DNA of 61,027 nucleotides, filler included, from Sluysia triapertura (Eukaryota), in the NCBI GenBank assembly GCA_046118255.1. It is 5 parts of 5 records of this genome, joined end to end, with 100 filler letters (N's around TTAATTAATTAA, not from the genome) between each part and the next. Parts side by side here need not be neighbours in the genome. Positions count along the whole stretch, not along the records: positions 49,042 to 61,027 come from JBJNIA010149829.1; 4 more parts are not named here. One strand, written 5' to 3'. The notes under the pieces are model-generated. The model made no database searches and was not told the origin of the DNA. It saw only the letters and a program-made list of their open reading frames with translations. Numbering within the stretch: the first letter of the stretch is position 1; the number at the start of each line of letters is the position of its first letter. The translations under genes and the position numbers were made by a program. Of this stretch, positions 53,273 to 61,027 are shown one piece after another.

Positions 53273-54819
53273 CTAAGTTTAAAACAATTATAATATTAAT
53301 GCGTTATGGGTCTGCCTGCGTAATACGATTTATCTTACGAAAAGGATGTATGCACAGGAAATGTCAAGTCTTAGAAAGAGTAGATTAATCTTTGGAGTAA
53401 TGAAACGAGGATCAATATATTAACTATTCGCTTTAATTAAATCCCCTTAAAAAACGAATCAATTGCAAAAAACTATTCTTTTATTGAGTTGTTTAACAGT
53501 CTGAATTATCTCTTTAAATATTTAACCTTAAGGGTATGACAATTGTAAGCAACTTTATATGTTCAACAATTAAAACTATTTACTTAAGAGCGTAACGATT
53601 ATAACTTTAAAAATTTAAATCAAATCTGTCAATTCCTTTAAATTTATCCAGAAGAACGCTGATTTTCCTTTTATCTTATATTTAATTTAATCTTTCAACG
53701 AGAAAATCACTTTAACAACAAAAATACTTATTCGACAATAAATTTTTAATGAGTTAATTTAAATAAAAAGAAATAACAATATAATAATATAATGATATTC
53801 TGCAAATTATTACAAATTTAAAAAATAGATTTTTGTATAGATTTTAATCCAGGAGTAATTCTTGGATTTTAAATTGCAAATTATTTTAAGTAATATTTTA
53901 ATGCAAATTTATCAATGCAATATTTTTACTCGGAATAAACTTACTTATGGTTTTCATTCATCATCATAAAAAGTTCCAGTAAATAAATGATCCAAAGTTT
54001 TATTCAAATAAAAGTTTGATTTCGTGAATTTCACTTCGAAGCTACTTGAAATGTCGAACAAAGTTAGGTGTGATGAGTAAATCCTTAAAATTGGTTCCCA
54101 CGGTAAATTTCAGAATTATCTTTTAAACAAATTCGCTAAGGAATACCAAATTTATAAACACTCTTGTTATTTTTTATGTTTTTTGTTTCTTATTTTTTGA
54201 TATTTATATGCATCTCTAATGACTGACAGCTCGCGTAGATTTTTATAAATTTACATTAACCATAAATAATACTTATTCTGTATAAATGTTTATAATTCAA
54301 ATAAATATTTATGATGTCGTGTGAATAATTATTATTTTCGAAAAATACACAAATTCATTTACTAATTTTTTACAGATTACAAATTTAATAATTTCACAAT
54401 GTATTTACAGTATTTACATTACCATTGTAGAAAAACTTAAAACGGCCAATTTTTTGATCTTTCATTCGACAAGTCTGTCATTAATAATGTTACTTTATTT
54501 GTCATGACAACTGAATCAACATATACTATATTTGTAATAACTAATTTGTGAGCCGTTATAAATATATTAATAGGTATTTCTATAACTTTACCATCAACTG
54601 TTACAATTAATCTATCTATACTTTTATCTTTACTTTTATATTTCAAAGATGAGACATGATTTAAACCTGATAATGTGACTTTTATGTTACTTTTACTAAT
54701 CAGTAAATTCTTTCGACTGAGGTGGATAAAATCGTATAATTGAGCTTCTTGTACAAATATTTTGTACTAGCACTAATCTGACATAGATTTCATTAATTTC
54801 ACAATTCAAAAAGTTTATA

Positions 54820-55180
54820 ACTTTCGGTAATACTCCGTGTAATCCATGAAACATACTAGCTAAAACTAATTTATCATTTGCAGTTAACTTTGGCTTAACA
54901 AATTTTATATTTACTGGATAATTATTCTGGTCTTTAAAATATTGCAATACATCACATCCATCTTCAAATCTACTATATTTTATTTGCTTGCCGCTAACGA
55001 CATAACCAATTTTAAATTATCTTTTTCACCAAAGTCGAGAATAATATTTCTATCAACATATTTGAATAACATATACAATGGAAAACTAAATGTTTTATCT
55101 ATATCTATTGTTGGAATGCAATGATCATAATAATATTGTAAACCATCCGATTCACTAATAATTATACTATGAATGGACAT
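54820..55180 (-). pseudogene. TRAPPC4: TRAPPC4 (synbindin/Trs23) N-terminal fragment, frameshifted
   Basis: MSIHSIII...GLQY...DKTFSFPL...LDFGEKDNLK / (I)GYVV...EDGCDVLQYFKDQNNYPVNIKFVKPKLTANDKLVLASMFHGL. There is a 1-nt frameshift near 55008 and the C-terminal half is not seen. Confidence 0.85.
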
Positions 55181-55560
55181 TATAAAGTAAACATTAACAT
55201 AAGCATCAAAAAATTGCTGTCAATAAATTTTTAACATAAAATTGTTCTTTTTTACTCTTAATAATTGTCTACTGTAAAATTATGACAATGATCATTTCAA
55301 TTCAATGCTGTCAAAGTTGATTGGAGGCCAATCAATTGCTGTAGAAAAATAATCAAAGTTGCAAACATGTGTACTCAACAATGTATGCATCATAGATTAA
55401 AAGCATTTATAGTCTCATACATTGATTGCCTGTATATATAACTAACAGCACTTGACAGTAAATAGGATAGAGACAGTTTTATTTAAATTAAAACTATCAA
55501 TTGCTGGCAGTTGCTAATATAAATTACTTATAATTCAAAATATTGATAATAAAATAGTCA

Positions 55561-55576
55561 AATAATAATAATAAAA

Positions 55577-55615
<39 letters not shown>

Positions 55616-55635
55616 TATAATTATAATTATAATAA
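55561..55635 (+). repeat. (AAT)n microsatellite
   Basis: Directly visible. Confidence 0.9.
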
Positions 55636-56431
55636 AATTAGGTAAAATATATGAATTTTTAAATCAAAATGCATAAATCTTTAAAACTTTGAAACACAAT
55701 CTTTCTTTTATTTTATTCTTTTTCTAAACATAATATTTACTTAATTAAAATTACTGTTTTTAAAAGTCCTAGAGACTGAATGGTGAAAGATTGTAAACCT
55801 ATGATGTTTTAAATTAATATTTCGCGTTTTCAATAATAACTTAAGATGTAACTGTGATTCTAATGTTATAAGATAATGAATAAAATGTTTTAAAAGGGTG
55901 TTTAAATGTACATTGGTGGTTTTGAATGTAATTATGGTTTGGATGTTGAAAGATTGTGACTTTAAAGTGTTTTGAGGTATGAAAAGTGGTTTTAGTGGAT
56001 CTGAAAGAAAAAAATATGAAAATGTTTTTATAGAAAATAGGTAAAATGTTATGGAATGCGGTTTTATGTGCGATATGTTGAACTAAAATTAAAATTTTTT
56101 AAATTAATTTTAAGGAACATCTTTGATGATTTTCGATGTTGAATATGATTTTGATCTTATGGAATTTTATATTTAGAATGTTTGAAAGTATTAACAATTG
56201 TGAAATGTTCTGAAGAGTGATTGTTTATATATTGTTATAAAATTTTAAAATATTGGGTTGGCCACCACAGTTATACGACAAATGTGTATACGATTTGTGC
56301 ACTGTTAAGATAAAGAATAATTTTTATGTATTTCAATTTTTGTCTTTTCAAATTTTGTGTTAATACGTCTATAGTAGTTTGATTTAATTTTAAAGTGGTT
56401 GTATTAGATTCTATTCGTACGACGTTTTTAT

Positions 56432-57753
56432 TTACGTGTAGAACATTTTTTTTAACTGAAAAAACTTGTATTCTTTATAAAGTTCCGCATAATTATTTCG
56501 AAAACTGTGCTTAAGGCACATTAAAATATTTATGTTAAGTTGACGAGGGCTAATAAAATAACATGTCGACATGATTTTATTAAAACATAATTTCAGTACA
56601 TCCACAGTCGTTTTTAAAAGACAAAACGGTATATTACTAAAAGGAAAGATCTTACATATACAACGTTTCCTCGCGTGCAAGTTAACACCACGATAATATT
56701 CTCTGTTTCTTTCACTACGATCTGAGTCACCGCTTTCGCTTTCGTCACACTTTGAATTGATAAGATCGGAAGTGTCTTTTTTAACTGCTATGTCAAATTA
56801 AAATAATGATATGGCTCCACTAATACAACTTGCAAGAATATGTGGACTGGTGTAACTAATGACTAATCTCAAGGAATACGTTAATGTAGCTAAATTCAAA
56901 AGGTCTAGTAATATAATAAGCTAAACAATACGGAGCAACATTAATGAATGAACAAGGATAACCAGCTAAAATGTTACAAGACATGGCGGTATCCTTTAAA
57001 AGCATTGGCACATCATAAATTTGTTTAAAATTATTCGGTTTATCTGACAATAAAAAATAGCATAAATATTGATCAGGTGTTGGTAATATCATAATACAAT
57101 AGAGTGCTTTCACTACATCTTTTGCAACATCACGTAGTTCCTTACTTTCGTATCTATTTCCAACTGTTTGTTGGATTGAATCAACAGTAATACTTTCTTT
57201 TTGAATTAATTTAGCATCAATAAACAAACACCTGACAGTGATCTTGTTACAGGTTTTCATGTTCTTTATATAAGTGTTGATCTAACAGTCACTATCGACT
57301 CCTAAAACTAATGAACTAATAATAAACCACAAACCCATCTTTTTTTGAAATGACAATTCAAATGGATAAATTTAAAATACAAAATTTAAATTCAGTATGT
57401 TCCAAAAAATCAATCTTTTCTCTAACATAAATCAAATCTGATGATTGCTTCAAATAGCTTTTATTTATTCTCTGTATCACATCGTTGTCTGTAAAGCATG
57501 ATAAGTCTACTTTTAAAAGATCTTCTTTCGGAAATGATAAACCGCTTAAAAAATAGTCTTCCAACTTTGTATTGTCAACTATATCGTTCCTATTGTTAAT
57601 TGTTACATCATCATTGAAAAGAATCGAAGGACTGTAAGGAGCTCGTCGATGCCGGTCTTCATCATCGGAAAATTTTATAGCTTCCACACTTGAAATCAAT
57701 GATAGTTGTATGAAATTGGATTTCATATCTAGATTATCAATTTCTTTATTCAT
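56432..57753 (-). pseudogene. Intronless, disrupted coding-like region of unknown family (~430 codons in three ORF pieces)
   Basis: Three consecutive co-oriented ORFs with protein-like composition, joined by short frameshifted or stop-containing stretches. No motif recognised. Confidence 0.4.
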
Positions 57754-58339
57754 TTTTTATTTATCTTTTGAAATCAATGAAAGAAAAAAAAGTGAAACTA
57801 AGTGCTTACAATTTAATTATTTTAATCATTAAAACAAAAATTTAATAATAATAATAAATCGATAATTTAGAATAGTGTTTCTAAAAGTTTCAGTGCTTGT
57901 ATACCTTTAATAATTTTCGCATTACAGTTTACTCACATTCAGAATAATGTAACATGACCATATATTCATAATTATAAAAATATATTTATTGTACAAAATA
58001 TAAGGTTAATGATAGTAAATGATACATAAATAATATAAGTACATATGTTGAGATTAATATTAATTACATTTCTGAAGTAGTGGTTTTTAGTCGGTAACAT
58101 TGATTTTAAATTTGTTTTGCACCATGGTTAAATTATAAGTATGAAAAAGCACACATCGAAATATTCGTATGGTAAATTATCGACATTATTATTTATTGCA
58201 ACATTAATATTTATGTAATTATAATCTCGTAGCATGTCAAACCTACTCAAGCGGTAAATTCAAATTAGTTCACAGAACTATGTTTACTATACTCTGAGAA
58301 ACACTATTGTAGGATAATTATAAATCACGATTAAAAAAA

Positions 58340-59455
58340 TCAATCAAATCCTCCAAACGATAAACATCCAGCAATTCTATTACGTGAATCTATACCTTTG
58401 AATTTATACTTATCGATATACAAATCAGTTATGATACCATATAATCTTTCGAGATGACACGCTTGTTTTTCATATCGTTCTCGCAACTTTTCTGAATTAT
58501 TAAGAATGTCACAATAAACTGATGACAGAAAAGATTCCGGTTCTTGATGTTCATTGTTAATAAGTTCTTTTAAAGGTTCAATCAATTGAACTTTCTTAGC
58601 CAATAAAATCAGAGAATCTATTTTTGGATGAATTAAATGCAATGCATATTCCACGCTAGCATCATTAGTTTCAAAACTTATATCCAAAGAACTGCCCTTT
58701 TTTGTTGCTTCTTTACGGAGTACATCTTTCAGAATGGAAATTGTACTGAGATTATCTGAATGGAAAGTAATTTCACCTTTTCGATATGCACACTCAAGCT
58801 GCGTGTTCAAGAAGGTTGAATCATAATAGAGTCTCTTGATTGCACTACTTCCACCAGTACTATCACCTGAACCTCCAGGTATTGCTGTCGCTACACGATC
58901 CGGCGTTTCAGGAAGACAGAATACAAGCCAACTGTGTATCTCAGCTACCGGAAAATTACCTCGTGGAGTCAACGAATTCAGAGGTCGGTTTTCATCCGTA
59001 CTATGGATACGTTTATGTAATGATAAAGGTTTCACTTGAAATTGAAGCATTTGACATGTTTTAATTGTTGATCTCGGAGTAATATAAACTCGTACATTTC
59101 CGTATTGTCCTTCAATAAAACGAATTTTCAATTCAATTCGAGTAGTGTTGGCTTGACAACGAAACGTAGCCAATAAACAGTTTTCATCCTATTGATTAAC
59201 TTGACTGTAACTAGCTACTGGTGGAAATTTTTCAGTTTCAAATAAATCAATAGCTGAATAAGAAAAAAGTCAATGGTATACTGACTTTCAATACTTAATA
59301 TATAAGCTGCTTCTTGTGGTGATAATACAAATTTGTGATGATAATTAATATCAGACGATATCGATAAACTAATAGCATTTTTACCTTGTGATGTTGATTC
59401 TAATAATTTTTTTTCTTTAGCAATTATTTCATCGTTAAGTCCACCGACTTCTTTT
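58340..59455 (-). pseudogene. BBS7: BBS7 C-terminal region, disabled copy
   Basis: LLATFRCQANTTRIELKIR.IEGQYG...KPLSLH.R.H...RP.N.L...AEIHSWLVFCLPE...SDNLSTISILKDVL.KEATK...HLERLYGIITDLYIDKYKFKG is clearly BBS7. There is a frameshift after IDFFLIQ (~59253), an in-frame TAG at 59189-59191 and an aberrant short C-terminus. Confidence 0.88.
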
Positions 59456-60928
59456 CTGAAAAATTAATAATTTATAATTTAAAAAGTTATTGAACTTTAG
59501 AATACAAGAATTTTAGGACATAAAATGTAATTGATGTTGCTGTTATTGTGCATTGTTCATAAATTTTAATGAATCATGTTTATTTCTTAAAAAATTCATT
59601 CAATTCGGATAACATAGTAATTTTGATGTTTCTGGAAATTTAAATCATCATTTTCTTATTCTTTACTCATCATTATGTACCACTTTTTACTACATTTTCA
59701 ATTATTTATTTCTTAATCTACAGTTATGGTAAAATAAAATTATAAAATTTGCATGAACTTATATTCTAAAATTTTTTAACCGTTTGATTGCTGGCTCTCT
59801 ATTGAGGAAATTTGTAAAAATATTACAGAAAAAAATTATATGAAAATACGACTAACATTGATACCTTTATGTATATGAAAACTTATCAAAATGTAGCTTA
59901 AATTCAGTAAGTGTAAGTAAAACTAAAAGTGCTTTTCTTTTTGGAAACCAAATGAATAACGTAAACCTTGCAAACAGTTGACACGTTGAAGCATTCATTA
60001 AAAACAAAAATTGGCGGTTGTAGCCGCACTTTGCGGCAGCGTGTTAAGTAATACAAATATTTGAAAAATAAAAATATTGAATTAATTCAAAAAATTTAAA
60101 AAATGAAAATCAAAAATAGAAACTTACTTTTTATTAGAGGATTATTTCTCTGTTTACAGCTCTATTTAAATTTGAAAGCATTTTCCTAAAAAACACTGTT
60201 CTAGAGTTATTTCTCCAAATTTAGCGAAAATTATTTTTATTTTTTGTGCCACTTTGAATAATTAAATTTTTCCAAACCGATTTAGGGGTAGGTTCCACTG
60301 ATATAATGTTTTTAGTATTATATTTTTAGAGATATGATATAAAATGTTTTTATAAAGGAAGTTATGAGACGGTGACTTTGATAATGTAGTGTTTGATCTT
60401 TAGAGTTACTTAAGTCTCCTTGAAAGTTTAGAATTATTGGCGAATCTTGAACTGAGTCAGTGTTACGTAGATTGATGTAAGATGATGCAGTTGGAACTCT
60501 TAAAGATATCAAGTTAAAATATGAAGATGCATAAAGTACGTGTATTATTATTGAGGATGTTAAATAATTTTTGTGAGAAAAACATAAATCACTCAGCAGT
60601 TTAATACCATAACGTATTAAAAAATGAAATATCTTTGTTAAAAAAGTCATGTTTTAGTGCTTTAAAAGTCGGTATGACAGACGCTTGGGTTTGATTATTT
60701 CTCACAATTAGTCTTAGACTTTTCTTTACTTTGCAATAATAAATTAGATCTAAGGTATTATAATTTATATCAAACTCAGGTTCTGAATTATCATAACTTA
60801 CACATTTATCGGTTTTGATGCTTATATTAATTATGAGCTTTATTGCTTTACTAAAACTATATTTAGAACGACAATGATAAAAAAATCCAGTACATTAATT
60901 ACAATTTTATTTATATTACAAATTTTAG

Positions 60929-61007
60929 GAATATGATTCATCCTGACCATCCGACGCTTCGAGGAATTCAAAATGGTACCAGACCTAACAAAAATATAAT
61001 TGTATAA
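60929..61007 (+). CDS. Possible short terminal exon (NMIHPDHPTLRGIQNGTRPNKNIIV*)
   Basis: TTTTAG acceptor, locally raised GC and protein-like translation. Not identified. Confidence 0.25.
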
Positions 61008-61027
61008 TTTATCAAACTTATAACCAA

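Noticed and set aside
58836-59064. Plus-strand ORFs overlapping BBS7
   Set aside because: Antisense shadows of a GC-richer coding region.
59189-59191. In-frame TAG in BBS7 as stop-codon reassignment or readthrough
   Set aside because: The same copy has a nearby frameshift and other lesions, and no intact gene here needs TAG as a sense codon.

Overview
AT-rich eukaryotic (metazoan) genomic DNA with spliceosomal introns. Gene content and 30-40 nt mini-introns next to kb-scale introns suggest a flatworm-like animal, which is inference only. The window is not one locus. Four identical N44-TTAATTAATTAA-N44 spacers join five separate ~11-12.5 kb scaffolds (1-12574, 12675-25147, 25248-36306, 36407-48941, 49042-61027), and there is one ordinary N gap at 44544-44733. 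Host genes I can splice by hand are the 5' part of omega-amidase NIT2, 3' exons of a GH20 beta-hexosaminidase, the last exon of CCDC112, three exons of a Schnurri/SMA-9-like zinc-finger gene, and the last four exons of an AJM1-like gene. Scaffold 5 carries disabled copies of BBS7 and TRAPPC4. The remainder is decayed transposons: Penelope-like GIY-YIG remnants, a Maverick/Polinton integrase, Tc1/mariner, pogo/Tigger, hAT and piggyBac MITEs, and a tRNA-derived repeat. The most interesting signal is a dispersed ~50-nt structured motif (6 copies plus 1 partial, across all five scaffolds). It has co-varying stems, a conserved CCCUU..GUGAGUAAGY loop and a downstream pseudoknot partner. Three copies lie just downstream of Penelope-like endonuclease remnants, where Penelope elements often carry hammerhead ribozymes, but it matches no ribozyme class I recognise. 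It is a candidate undescribed retroelement RNA motif or self-cleaving ribozyme.
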